NCBI GenBank assembly: GCA_051362555.1
Contig: CM120644.1
Location: 18,746,534-18,810,533 of the forward strand
Source: Lingula anatina
Taxonomy: Eukaryota > Animalia > Brachiopoda
Length of the DNA stretch: 64,000 nt
Direction of reading: 5' to 3'
Numbering within the stretch: the stretch's first letter is position 1; every line of letters starts with the position of its first letter. Below are positions 23,906 through 37,177 of this stretch, piece by piece. The translations under genes and the position numbers were made by a program. A model generated the notes under the pieces. It had not been told where the DNA came from, made no database searches, and saw only the letters and a program-made list of their open reading frames with translations.

Positions 23906-25728
23906 ATTGAAAAAAATTGCATGAATAGAAAAGTGCAATTTTGCTGTGAGTTTTATTATTTATCATTATTTTAGAAGGATAATAACAATCATTTAATAAC
24001 ACGTTTGCTTATCTGCTATAATTGTACATGAAGTTAAGTATTCTTTATTTTATTCAAGACATATGAAATCTGTAACTTAAAAGTTATTGACTTATACACT
24101 ATTGCTGTTGGCGTGATATTAACATTACCTACAGTTTCTTTATAATACTTACTTGCTATATATATTCTCTTTCAATATTCCCCACTCAGCTTCAATCTCA
24201 CTAATGCTGACACCTTGGTTCTCCAAAACTTGTCGATAGTGGTCTATTACCAGAGTTACATGGTCTTCACCAAAATCTAAGTACATATAAAAAGCAAACT
24301 TATAATAAGCTAGATAGCATTAAAGCAGACTTCACTACAAATTGGAATAGTCAATTTTAAAGAAAATTTGACTCATATTCAATACATAACATTCCCAGGA
24401 ATGCAATAAAATTATTGTCAATGAACTCTTGTAATATTCTAAGCCTTCCAGTGCACTATTTATTGCAATCTCAAAGGTTGAAAGGGAATAAAGGATTGCT
24501 GTAATTCAAATAGCAGGGCATGTGGATTGGCACTTAAACTAAATTAAAAAACAGTCAAACCTGTTTCATTTTCTTGAGTTAGAGGCCAACAGCTAAATTC
24601 TGCAATTTTGGTTGCTGACAAGAGCCCAGTGTCCAATTCTTCATATCTCTTGCCAATAACATCAACAAGTTTTGGCACAACACTTTTTCTCTGGTCATCT
24701 GGTTTACTAGATCCCCCAACCAAAGTCATGCCCTTGAATGTCTTTGTGCTAACATTAACATCTTTAAAGTTTCTCTGCTCAGAACCGGCTCTGAAAATAT
24801 TAAAAAATTATACTCAAAAAGAAAACATGGTGGAATCCTTTGCTTACATTCTGAAAAACTAGCTGACCATCATATTTGCGTTATTAATACTATGTGTAAT
24901 ACGGCAAAAGGATAATAGTTTTTTACCTTCATTTCTTCAAATTTCTTGATTCGCCTCAAAAATACAGAGGAATTTTTCCAGACCAGAACATATAACGAAT
25001 TGAAAATTAAAAACCAATTTAATTTACCTTGTTTCAAACTTCTTGATGTTTGTTATTGTGGTCTTCATCTCCTTGTGAACTTGATAGACGCACGTTTCCC
25101 GCTTCTGAAGTGTCAAAGAGAGCTTGCAAACTACAGCCAATAAGTCAACCAGAAAATGAGCATACTCCATATTATCACGGTCTTTTAGCTGGTTCACAAG
25201 GAACTTGGCTTTTGATTGGGCACTTGAGGCACTGGGAGTGATTGCAACCTGTTTGAAGAGGAAGACAAGATACTTGGTAACCTAAATCAGGAGATGTTTC
25301 ATTATACTTAAGTATACCTCATGTACTTATGCCATGAAATAAAGAAGTCTTCATCAAATAACTCAAGTTCATGGGTTCCTATATAATATATGCACATTTC
25401 ACACAACTGAGATAATTTTTTCATATGTTTCTGTTATTACTTTCAAATTTGAAGTTGAACATTCAAAATTATTTTTCATTAGAAATGTAAATTGTTTAAA
25501 ACCTACCTGCTCAAGGTGCATGACAAGAGCTTTGTATGAGCGCAGCATGTTTTGTACAGCTAACTGAGTGTGGCTGACCCAGCGTGTGCCTCCGACCCTG
25601 GTTGGTAACAACTGATCCATCTTGCTTGCCTCGAATACTTGCTTCAATCCATTGCGCTGCTTAGGGCTTTTATGGTAGAATTTGAACAGTTCATCAAGCA
25701 GTTTATTGACTTTCGTAAAAAGTGTGCT

Positions 25729-26889
25729 CAGGGCTTGACACTAACTTTTTTTCTTCTGGCCCTTCGGGCCAGTGAGGCATGAAACTCACTGGCCCTACTC
25801 AGCTTTCCACTTGCCCAACATGACATCAGAAGTCGCAACTATTATTTGCTTACTATTCATTTATTACATACAATTTAAGAATAAACTTTTGGAAACATTG
25901 TTTGATCCTTTTAAACACATAACCTATTTATAATCAAAAGGTTGTGTAAATGTATAAATTAAATTAGTTTTTAATCATTGTGGTTCAAGAGGAAATTAAA
26001 CAGTTCATCTGCATCTCCTCGTGAATAACACAATACGCAGTGTTGAAAAGATATGTCAGTAACTGTTTGTTTTTTTCTCCTATTTTTCTCACGATCCTGT
26101 CTAAGGGTCCTATACGGCCCCTCTGTGCACATGTCTTCACCCTCTCTGCATCAAGGTGTTGAGAAGACTCAAAGTGACATCTTATTGAATGCTTCCGGAA
26201 GTTTGTACACCCAGTTACAAACACGCTCGCTCTGCAACTGCTTTGCTTCACTCCTTTTTCTTCAGTCCAATTAATTCCGGGGAATTCTTTTATCCATTGC
26301 ATTTGGAATTCACGTTTGCGTTTTTTTTTCATAACTGAGGCCTGTGGATAATTCGGTTGAAGTAACCCCACTTCTTTCCGGCACGGGCTCCAAGTTCGGG
26401 TCCGTTGAAACTTTAGGCCAAAAATTAGTCAATTTAGCTTGTGTCATGTTTGACAATAATGGCTTCCAGCTTGCGTGATCTCGTAGTGCGCGCGTGGTTA
26501 GTGACACATAAACTTTTAGCATTGTACTCAGCGAGGTCAAAAATCAAATAGCTGATTGGCTATAACGAGTCACATGCATTAAATTATGCAAAACGCGTCA
26601 GCTGCTCTTCTGTTCCTCACTGTCCCCCCCTCTCAAAATAGTTTTTGCATAACAGATTTGCGCCAATTGAAAGGGGGCGCAGCTATTTACGCAAAAGCAG
26701 GTCCGATCTCTAGCACTTGAGGACTTGGGATTTTACCGAGAAGCGAGGTATCGGCAAATATTACGTTTATTCGGCGTATTAAACCCCACTTGCCCTTCGG
26801 GCCAGTAACACGCGTGATTTTAATTTACTGGCCCGTAACTGGTTTTCAATGGCCCCGGGCCAGCAGGCCAGCGTTACTGTCGAGCCCTG
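25729..26889 (-). mobile_element. Internally deleted hAT with 5-bp TSD (hAT5-like), 1161 bp
   Basis: TIR CAGGGCTTGACACTAAC / GTTACTGTCGAGCCCTG. GTGCT duplicated at 25724-25728 and 26890-26894. Residual ZNF862-like N-terminus at 25985-26450 (MTQAKLTNFW, REFQMQWIKEFPGI, FVTGCTNFRKHSIRCHFESSQH, LFNTAY). Confidence 0.85.
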
Positions 26890-28632
26890 GTGCTGTTCTT
26901 CATTGCCTCTTTAAACGATAATTCATTTCTGTGAGACATACATCTGATCATCACCAAGTGCCTCCCAATGTCTTGCTGCATGAGTGCAATAACTCCATTC
27001 AAAGCTCCAGTGTTAACAGATGCTCCATCACCTGCAAAGGCTACAAGTTTCTTTGTAAAATCTTCCACGGGCAGGGTATCAAATTTCATAGCTTTACATA
27101 TGGCAGCATACACTCCTTTTGCATCTCCAGATTCACATTCAATGAGACCAAGAAAGAAGCAATAAACTACTCCCTTGACAGCAAAGTGACAATAAACAAT
27201 TTCATTCTCAATCACGGACACATCCATAGAACCATCTGACATAATGGTACAAAATTTAGCCTCTGCCAGCTTTTGCTCAATTTTTTTCCTCTCAACTTCA
27301 CAGATTGCAACCATAAATTCTTTGCAACTCTGGACATTTCTGTACGTCTCTGATGTTGAAACACCCTTGCTTATGTCAAGTTCATTCACCCAAACGAAGT
27401 CGCTTATTGGGCGACATTTTTTCGCCACTGCATGGGCATTTTTGAAGAGATTACTAAGTTTTTCAAACACTGCCCTGTTTAAAAGCTGTAAGCTTTTAGA
27501 AGCAGGTGAAGCATTCCGTTCTTTTTGGCTTGCGAGGTAGGTCTTGGCGTCTTTATGACCCTGGCTGCCCTGGTGAGTGGACAGAGCTTCCCTCTTCAAA
27601 TTGGCACATCCCAGCACAAAGGGTCCCTTTGAGTAGCGCCTGAAGCGGTCTGGAATTGTCCTGCGAGATAAAGGGCCATACACAGCCCTGCACGTTTTAC
27701 AAAATATGTCCAAGTTGTTGCAAATTAGCCAATCGAAGTCCGTTTTCCACGAGTTTTGTATTGTTCTTATGCGTTTCGTTTTCTCGTAATCCTTGTTATT
27801 TTGATGTGTTTCTTCTTTAGTCTTTTTTCTTTTGTCAACGTCTCTATCTGACTTAAGAAGAAGAAACTTTTCCATATATGACAGCCCACTGATGAAAATA
27901 AAACCACGTGGGAAAAAAACTACAGCTGACGCAAGATGTAAACTCGTATGTTCACTCATGATTTTGGGATTTAAAATTGATGTAAAATTCTCCTTAAATT
28001 TGCTTCCATTGTCTTTATTACTGTTTATCATAAACACTGCGTGTACCAGTATGTCTATAAATAATCAATATGAATATCATAACTTTTTTCGTACTTTCAC
28101 ATTTTTATTACTTTCAATCTACAAATTGCTACTCGCGGTATCTCCTCTACACAAAACAATGACGTTACCCTTATCTGTGCACTGAGCTGGTTTCTAAGTA
28201 CTACAATATGCCTCATTTCAAATTGTCTTTCAACTTCATATCAAGCAGACAGGATCTCGCAAACGAGGCAGCAGAAGGGGAGACTGATTGTTTTTAGATT
28301 CGGGCTTTCTATATGATGGTCAGTTTTAGATTTGCTTGTATGGAAGCGGGACAAACAGTGAGTTGATTTGATATTTTGCTGAAATCGCTTATGAAAATGG
28401 ACAAAATAAAAGGTTAAATAGGTCTAGGCTGCAAAATTAGCCAGCCCGTCGGGCGGTCAATTTGTAAATTTTACCCGCCCGGCGCCAAAGTTACCTGCCT
28501 CGGGCTGGCGGGCAGGCGGCCATTTCATACACTGCTTATGGTGTCTGATTTCAGAAATTATAAGTTTTATAAGTAGGATTCCTTTTTCAAATTTTGACGT
28601 CTGCTGACCAAATACCACGGAATGGCCCTTCA

Positions 28633-29526
28633 ACATTAAATATAACTTCATTTTTTTCAATGAAAACAGAGAGCTTGTGTATGCACAACGCAACGCACTC
28701 AAACGGTGCGTTAGTTGTGCACTCGTTGCATTGGTTCAGACAAACCACGAAGCTTGAACTTAGCTCATTACAAAAGTAACATTAAACGCCCAAATTTTGT
28801 ATGAAACATTATACAAAAATGCCTTCAGCCAACCCTATGCAAACAAATCTCACTTATATATCTATATCACTTGCTGTTTTTTGTGGAGTCACCCAAGAGA
28901 ACAACCTGGCCCAACCGGGATGCCAAAGACGTTTGTTCCCTGTTCTTGAAGTGAAGGAAGACGAGAGCGAAGTTTCATCATTTTCCAAAGAAGATAACGC
29001 TGGCTCAGACATTTCTGTATCGTTGTCGGCAGGGTCAGATGCTTCCGTGATGACGTCTCTTTCAAACTCATGGTCCTCCGAATTTCCTTTCTGTTTTACT
29101 GTTAGCCACACACATGCTGAGCGTTGTCTGACTCTGCCCGGCCATATTTAGCCTCTCCTCTTATTATTTTTGCGACATTACGTCACTTGTTGCTTCTAAA
29201 TACGGACTGAATAAAGGTCTCGTATTTAATTGGTTTACTAGTACACATTTATTTTACAAAGTATCTGTATCAGGAACGAGGGTTTGTTTTGACATGGGCT
29301 GGGGACTGTTAACATGTGAAAGCTGAAGGTGACCAGGGTCATTTATAGAATGTCACTAATGGAACTTTCTGACCTTTACTGACATTTACAAGAAACAAGT
29401 AGATAATGTTACACTGAGGACTGAGATAAGTGTGCGTCAAATGGACGCAATACATTTTAAATTGGGGGTCAATTTTGATAAAACTGTGTCAGGGACGCAC
29501 AAAAATTGTGCTAACGGGAACCCTGC
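28633..29526 (-). mobile_element. 5' end of the outer decayed ZNF862-like hAT (continues at about 6154 beyond the Sola2-like insert)
   Basis: hAT-like terminus CAGGGTTCCCGTTAGC ending 29526. ORF 28854-29111 contains KRLWHPGWARLFSWV, on the same strand and upstream of the 4990-5910 fragments. Confidence 0.55.
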
Positions 29527-29559
29527 ACTGTGCACCAGATCTGACATTCTCCTATTTTA

Positions 29560-29795
29560 AGTGGGCCTTCCTATTTATTCTGTAACTTTAGGCTATACCC
29601 CTTCTGTCTAGAAAAATTGTAGTACCATACTTGTTTCCTGAGCTCATATTTCTTCCCATGCACTCTTAAATCATAATTTTTCTTTTGTATGACAGCACTG
29701 CCTCTAATCTTTTCTTCTGCTTTTCTCCAGGTGGATACTAGATTATCTGTCGATTTTCTGGCATAATCAATATTTGGAGGTTCTTCTCCATCAGC
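29560..29795 (-). pseudogene. Gypsy integrase C-terminal fragment
   Basis: DYAR..SAVIQKKNYDLRVHG..VWYYN..KG.S.KLQ, closely similar to the end of ORF 60748-61875. Confidence 0.8.
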
Positions 29796-29966
29796 AATTG
29801 GTGTTGTGTTATGAGAAAACATTGACCATTGTTACATCAGCAATTGATGCTGTGTTATGGGCAGACATTGATCATTGTTACATCATCAGTTACTGTTGTA
29901 TTATGGGAATGCATTGACTATTGTGGCATCAACTATGATTACTATAACATTATGGGAATGCATTGA

Positions 29967-30135
29967 CAGGCCGGTAGCCAGCAATTTCAGAGTGGGGTTT
30001 CGTTTTTTGAAAAAGTGGACCTTTTACCATAAAATCCTCAAGTACACAGATGAAATGCTACCCAGAGTGGACCTTTTCGCAGCAAAAAGGGCGGTTCTTT
30101 CGAAACCCTTGAATCCCCCCCTGGCTACGGGCCTG
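29967..30135. mobile_element. 169-bp hAT-like MITE with 5-bp TSD
   Basis: TIR CAGGCCGGTAGCCAG / CTGGCTACGGGCCTG. ATTGA at 29962-29966 and 30136-30140. Confidence 0.8.
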
Positions 30136-32822
30136 ATTGAACATTGTAGAATAAGAAAAAAAATCTGTTCCTGTGGGTTTAAATAAGTTCATATATATGT
30201 TTTATTTGATATCACAACTCTTGCTTAAAAATTATGGCATATTTCTAAATAATAATTACAGATCCAAAGTTCACTCTGGTAATTCACAAAAAATTTGATT
30301 ATTAAATAAATTTTGTCAGTGATATTGTAGCTGGCTTAAGTAGTCAAGGTAATTAATTTTCAAGTTACAAGTAGAACAAATTCTTTTGACTTGATGCATG
30401 TAATGTATCAAATGTGAGCACAGTCAAGGCCACAGGTCACTAGTGGTTTTGGTGACAAGTCGGTTTTGATCAGGGTTTTATGGATGGCATGTTCTGGACA
30501 CAAAAAGATATTCAATTTGAGGAACTCTGGGTTAAATGCCCGTCAGAAGCATTGCATATAGAAACACCATATAGAGCCATGCACCATACAAACTATAGCT
30601 TGGAAGGATCTCAATCCTCACCAATTGTTTTTTTCAAGAGACATATGGTATTGCCAGCATTTCAGCTCAAGACTGATGACTACAATGCATCAAAAGGACA
30701 GAGTTTTGCTAGAGGAATAGTCAATGGACTCCTGATGCAACCAGGGACTGGGGATAACTTTTATCAACTCCACAGAAGACCCTGTCAAATTCATTGCTGT
30801 CAATGAATATGGCATTGGGGGTGTTTCTGGTTAGTTGATGATGGAGATGCATTCACTGTTGATAACCAACAGTCCAAAGTTTGGTTGAGGTTTGTTGAAA
30901 ACTTTGGTATGAATTGGTACCCATGCTGATGGATTATGATTGTTGACTATGATGTTTCTCAGAGAAAGCATAAATGCTGGTAGTTCTGGCAATAGAAATT
31001 GTAAAATGTGCCAGAGACCATTTTGGTCTTAACTCTTTTTCAAACTTACAAGTCATCAAAACCACCAGTTAAGTTTCTAGAGGAATGATCAACAGCAGAC
31101 TTGTGATGTGTGATCGAGGACTGGGTAGAACTCTTACAAACCCAATAGAATCCAATAGAATCGGTGAATTGGACTTGTCAACTTCTTCATTATCCTCAGA
31201 TGCTACATTGGAGACATTTTTGATTTTTTTATTGCGGAGACTCCTTCATAGTGTTGATTGCTGACTCAATGGTCCATCTCCAATGTTTTCCTCTCAGTGG
31301 TGGATTATGAATGTGTAACCAATCAAATGATTTAGATGCTGGTGTTTACAGAGAAGATCTGACAACAGAAATGGTGCCCTGCATATGCCAAAGACCATTT
31401 TGTTTCCAAAATGACCATGCCCCACCTCATCTAGTTCTTTTAATGTCAAGGAAATGAAGCCTGCTTATCCTCCTTGTTTCAATTGCATTCAGCGCATGTT
31501 CATGCTGTAAGGATCCATGTAAACACAAGGCCAGGCGACTATACTGGATGAGCTGAAACTGTGTGGGCTCTAGTCGAGGAATAGGCTTATCTCACCCAAT
31601 ATACATCAACAAGATACATGAATAGAATGGCTGAGTCAGTACCTCAAATAATACGTATACATGGCACCATTCCTGTTTGCGGCACCTACACAGCATACTG
31701 TCTAATTCTGTGATGGAATTACTCATGGCACAGCATTGCCTTTGGAGGACTCTTGAGTGTCCATTGTTTTCCTTGCCAATCCAAGCTTTCTTGATTGACA
31801 TTTGGTTGCTTTCCCATATTGACTGCTGTTAATTAACCAAATTTAGGTTTATTCACCAGACTGAGCGAAGAAAAAATACATCAATTGAAAAAATGAAAAT
31901 ATCAAATTATATTTTAAAAAAAAAAAGCCCACTATGTGGGTGGTTTAACAATGCATTTTGCCTTGATAAGTTTCACTTTATTAGTTGCTGTTGTAATTCA
32001 CTGTTGGAATGTTCCTTCATTTTAAGCAAGAGTAGTTTTGATAATTATAACATATGATGATATGTTGTTATATAGTTTTAGTATATAAATATCCTTGTAA
32101 CAAATTTATTTTGAGATACAATAAATTGGAAAAAAAACCCAAAGAAATATTATTTATTTAACATTTATTTTATTTTATTTTATTTTTTAGGAAACCAGAA
32201 AGCCTTACATAGATCTACAACTATTAAAAAATGTGGTCTTTATGTCATGTTCATCTCTGTGCTGATGTCTGGAAGTCATGATCATCTGCAAACTTCATAA
32301 GCTGAAGAACTTACCAGGGATATGTGCAGAAACACACAGGTAATTAAGGATACATGTCCAATGCAATTCTATATCAAACCAGAAAGTTGTCCTACATGTG
32401 TGTGTATCTTTGGTTCTATCATGGGAATACATAAAAATATTACCTGTGAATGGAATTTGATACATATATATCACATTGACAATATTATTGCTGCTGTAAC
32501 CATTGTGACATAGACAATAATTATTGCATTGCATGATGGGAATATGTGATCCATTGTGACGTAAACAATTGCATTATGGGCATTAATTAACCATTGTGAT
32601 ATAAACGGCAGTTGTGTCGCAAACAATAATATTGCTATTGCATTATGGGCTGATACAGGTGAGCAATTGTGACATAAACATCCTTGCTGCTATCATTGTG
32701 ACATAAACAATTGCAATTGCATTATGGGAAGAAATTACCCATTGTGACATCAACAATATTATTCCTGCTATAAGCAGATAGACAATTTTAATATGGGCAT
32801 AAATTATCCAAAGTGATATCAA

Positions 32823-33062
32823 CAGTGATGCATCCAGCGTGTGGCATCGGGGCATTGCTCCCTTTTCCTAGTGAATGCCCCCAATTTCGAGAAACAGTGC
32901 CTGAAAAATGCCGCAGATTTGAACTAATGAGCACATTTTCAGCAAATAAATGCACGCTCAAAAGTTTCTATAGCGATCTCGGTATTGCCGATCTAAGGGG
33001 AAATACTCCTGCAGCGAGAGGGAGTTCCAGGTAATGGTTTTTCCGATACGGATGCATCACTG
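32823..33062. mobile_element. 240-bp hAT-like MITE
   Basis: TIR CAGTGATGCATCC / GGATGCATCACTG. Flanks TATCAA / TATCTA (5 of 6 match). Confidence 0.65.
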
Positions 33063-33647
33063 TATCTACAACGGAAAGAATATATTATAGTGTTTGACCT
33101 TCGTTTGAAATAGCAGAGGCCAATTTGGCCAGTAAGTTTTGAAAGTTACAGGCCAAATAGAAAATTTACAAGCCAGACTGTGGCCTGTTTTATTAAGAAG
33201 TTACCAGCCAAATATTCAAAGTGCAGACCATATGGAAATGACAGATGATTGAGATGTTAACTATCAGGTACCAATGCTTCATAGTTGGTTATAAGTCATA
33301 TGCAATTTGCAAATAAAGATAAAATTAAAAACTGTTTTGATTAATCGTTTTACAGATTGTTTTACTCAACATTTACGCTCTAGAAGTACTTGTTTCAATA
33401 TAAATGTTAAAATGAGCTTTAATTAAATATTATTAATATTACAGCTAGACTCATGTGATATTAAGGGTGAACTCTGTAGGTCGATGAATTTGGTGAAAGC
33501 TGTAAAGCTAATGAAGTTGTTAAAATTTCAAGTGTGTCAGAGGTGAAATAAAATCCGTTATATTATTGCATTATTTGAATGGTATTGTATTGTATTGTAT
33601 TAGCGCAAGGTGTGAAATTAGATAGGTAATTCAAGTTCTCTTTCCCA

Positions 33648-33694
33648 TTATCTTATCTTATCTTATCTTATCTTATCTTATCTTATCTTATCTT
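33648..33694. repeat. (TTATC)n microsatellite
   Basis: About 9 perfect pentamer units. Confidence 0.9.
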
Positions 33695-34627
33695 CGCGCA
33701 TTTGAAAAAACTTCTTTTGCTCTGCTCAGAAAAATATTTTTTTAGAGAATGTCAAAAACATGCTTTAGGTCAGAGAGCTCAGACCGTTAGCTTGCATCAT
33801 TTCGTTTCTGCTTTGATTTTATTTACTCATTACTTGATGCTGATTCTGAGACGTTCTCAGTCTCTTCTATGGGACGTTCTTAACTTTCAAATCTGCATGA
33901 TCCACTTGCACGCTTTCTCCCGGAAGTATCGACTTTCAAAATCGACAGTGAGACTGTGAATACGTCATTACAGCATTCCTCAACATTAACCAATCACAAT
34001 TATTACTTATGCGAGTGAAAACGAGGTTAGCAGTGAGAGGAATTCCTTGAACTTCTTCGTAAATGTTGATCAATGTTGGCATGTCAATTGGACTTTTATT
34101 GAGTCTAAATTTTGCCAATACACTAAATATAGAAAGTTGACATAAATATACTTGCCAAAATAGCGACTTGCATCATAAATTTCACACGCCAGATTTAATT
34201 TTTACTCTCATTGGCGTGCTGGCGAGTGCGAGTGTAATCCATTGTGACATAAGCAATTGCTGTTGTATTATGGGAAGAAATTTATTGTTATGTAAACAAT
34301 TACTGCTGTTATCATTGTGACAAACAATTGCAATTGCATTATGGGAAGAATTAAATTATCCAGCGTGATATCAACAGTTGTTGTTATCATTGTGACAGAA
34401 TTGCTTTTGCGTCATCCATTGTGTCATAAACAATTGCAGTATGGGAAAAAATTATTCATTGTGACATATACAGTAACATAAACAGTAACCGTATTACTGC
34501 TATTTCAACAATTACTGTTATATTATGGAAATGCATTATCCATTATGACATTATTGTTGTATTATGGGAAAGATTCAACGTTGCATCTGTTGCTTTTTTT
34601 TTTTTTTTTTTTAATTTATTTACATAT

Positions 34628-34942
34628 AGACCCCGCCCCAGATTATTGAACGATATTTTTGACGTTTTTCAGCTTTGCACAGTCTGTGTATAAAAAGAAC
34701 GTAAAACTAACCTCTAATATTTTGCATGTAGCTACAATAGAGCTTTATTTACTATCCTGTAAAGTGTAATCCATATGATTGAGGTCATTGTTGGAGAAAA
34801 ATGCTAAAATAATGGTTAACTTCGTGTTGTTCTCAAACCCCGAATTATGGAACAAAACCGGAAGTGTGCAGATAACGTTGCATCAGAGTGTGTTAGATAA
34901 GATGCAAGGCAACATGTAGTGTACAGGTCATGTAAGGGGTCT
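34628..34942. mobile_element. Possible ISL2EU/Harbinger-type MITE
   Basis: AT|AGACCCC...GGGGTCT|AT. The internal ATTATGGAACAAAACCGGAAGT recurs inverted at about 44737-44758. Confidence 0.45.
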
Positions 34943-37177
34943 ATAAGAGACAATAAAACGACGAAAACATTTTATGTTGTGAATATCAATGAAAGTAACA
35001 GCTGATATTATTCATATTAAAATGGTCTTTGACTTTTAGATTTAAACCCAAATATTGCTCAAATAATAGTATAGCCCACTCATTTACTACTGCCTTGAAT
35101 CGGATTATGGAACAAGCCAAGAAATTGCAACTACATCGGAGTCCAAAGCGATGTTTAGTAAACTGAAAATATTTTATCAATTTTAATGAATTTTAAGTAT
35201 CATATTGGTATTTATCATTATAAAATTCATCGATCATTCCTTTGGCCTGTCGCAAGGAAGCAACACCAGAAAACATTCAAAATAAAACCTTTAATTCATG
35301 GTGACAATACTGTTAATTAACATTAACAGCTCACATATCATCAACAAAGAATTTAGCGAAAGTGTGACAAATACAATAAACAGAAATTTTGCGGAGAACT
35401 TGTGTAACAATGCTGGTCTATAGGGTGTTTTTGGCGCCTCGTTTCCTTCCAGAGGTTCTTCAACGAAGATATTTCCCTCCACTTCATTTCCCTCATTTTT
35501 CTTTCTTCTCTCTTCTTCCTTCTTCTCTTTTCTGCGTTTCACCTCCAAGGCCCTCTGTGCCAGCTTTCACTCTTGTGCCTCGGCCTTCTTCTTCTTCTTC
35601 CTCTCTTCACCCGCTCTTATTTTCTCCTCCTCTTTCTCCATCCTCCGCTTAGTATCATCTTCAGCTTTTCTCATTTTTTCTACAGCTCTTCTTTTTTCCA
35701 AATCTTTTGCTTTTTGTTCTCTCTTTGCCCTCATCTCCTCTCGCTTCTTTTCTTTCTCTTCCCGTCTCTATCTTTCCTCTTCTTCTTTTCTTTTTTTTTG
35801 TGTTATGGGTCTCATCCGCGGTTAACACTTGAGCTTTTGTGTAATCAGTCCCTCTACGTTTATGGCCAGGGGCACTTTCAGCGAGAAAGATCAACAACTT
35901 GGCAATGTTAGGGGAAATGGCCTCATTGGGTGCTCTGATATATTGCACACTTGGCCACATGTATTGCACGAGTATGGTAATTCCGTCTGTGTGGTATTGT
36001 CTGTCTTGTCTGTTGGGCGTCCCAAGTCGTCGTAAACTGTTTGCGTTGCGATGTCCCTCTTGTCATTGTCGTCTGTCTCGCATTCCATAAGCAGAGGGCA
36101 TACTGTCTCCATCTTGTTTGTCATATATTTGTTTTCTATAAATTTTGATTTGTCAGTTGCACTTTTGTCCAGTGGATATATACCTGTAGTTTTGAAGGCA
36201 TGTTGTAATTTCAAAGGAGTAAATGCTTTGGCAAGTGCCAATTTAAGTATTGCTGGAAATGTACCTTTACTAATCACCAAATTCTTTTTAAGTAGGCTTG
36301 CCGATTTGGCAATCTTACGAAATTCTAACTTCACATCTTTAAACACCTGGTCCATAGGCTGCAAGTAGTGGCTCGTATGGCTGGTATATTAAGCAGAATT
36401 ACACCATTGTCTCTGGCACAGTCGATTAGTTCTTTTGATGCATGCACCGCTAAATTGTCCTGAATTAAAATAATTGGGCCATTTCTTGCTGTATGTTTCA
36501 AGAAAATCTTTTGAAACCAATCCAGATATTTATCTGAATCAACGTATCCGGAGGGAGAGCAACCGTACACGGAGTTCAGAGGACCTTGGAACAAAGTGTC
36601 GTCGGCAGGTAAGAAGCCCTCAAAAATAATCATGGGCGGCAGCAGATCCCCCATTTCATTGGCACATTCCAAAACTGTAATATGGCTGGAGGAAGTTGTC
36701 GACCTCTCTTAAAGAAAGGTCTCTTTTTGTGCTTGCCTGAGACTGAAAATGTTTCATCACTGTTATAGGTGCAACCCAGTTTTCCTTCAAGATTATGCTT
36801 TACAAGTGAATCTTTGAGCAAAATGAAAAAACCATCCGCAACTGTTTTCTGTGACATTATCGCTCGCCCTCTGAAAAAAAGGAACTTGGTCCAGTGTTCG
36901 AAATTAACTTTTTTGCTAGGAGGCAACTACTTGCTGCCTGGTCTGAAAGTTGGAAGCAACTTGGACTTACCTAGAGGCAAATTCTTACACTACAGATAAT
37001 AGTTCAGCCCCATCCACCCGCCTTAGCATCATGTGCAAATGATCACTACTGGTCTGCGTGAGGCCCATGAGGCAAGATAGTTGGCCTCCTTGCCCTCTCT
37101 CCAGTCAACCACCACCTGTTAACTGCAGGTAGAGGGTCATATTGTCTCAGGGCTTGAGGCCCAGCTATTTTCACTCA

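Larger units (their letters stand above)
13632..27875 (-). pseudogene. ZNF862-like hAT transposase, 5 exons (27875-26890 + 25723-25507; 25248-25028; 24790-24561; 24276-24153; 14130-13632), about 758 aa, disrupted by two insertions
   Basis: All four introns are GT-AG with compatible phases (0,2,1,2). Motifs: WKTDFDWL..FCKTC..H zinc finger, IMSDGSMD, FAGDGASVNTG, RCMSHRNEL, GGTRW, and dimerisation domain LPAGSSECERGFS. No stop remains once the hAT5 insert and one TSD copy are removed. Confidence 0.85.
13004..28534 (-). mobile_element. Formerly autonomous ZNF862-like hAT transposon with a 7-bp TSD
   Basis: TIR CAGTGTATGAAAT at 13004 and ATTTCATACACTG ending 28534. CTTATGG duplicated at 12997-13003 and 28535-28541. 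Subterminal GGGCAGG/CCAGCCC repeats at both ends. Confidence 0.85.
6159..28628. mobile_element. Sola2-like non-autonomous DNA transposon, expanded by nested insertions
   Basis: TIR GGGCCATTCCGTGGTATTT at 6159 and AAATACCACGGAATGGCCC ending 28628. 4-bp TSD TTCA (6155-6158, 28629-28632). Own sequence is 6159-7287, 12841-13003 and 28542-28628, with recurring GGAAGGAC motifs. Superfamily assigned only from GRG termini and the 4-bp TSD. Confidence 0.7.
32480..34580. repeat. Patches of degenerate CATTGTGACATAAACAATTGC...TTATGGG repeats (32480-32820, 34240-34580; also 29800-29965)
   Basis: Recurring motifs visible by eye, interrupted by MITEs. Confidence 0.55.

Noticed and set aside
1088-29526. CAGCGTTGGG at 1088 as the partner TIR of CAGGGTTCCCG at 29526
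   Set aside because: The TIRs match poorly and the flanks share no TSD.
35389-35911. Hydrophobic plus-strand ORFs as membrane proteins (also 45818-46424)
   Set aside because: They are antisense shadows of purine-rich K/E/R-coding sequence on the minus strand.
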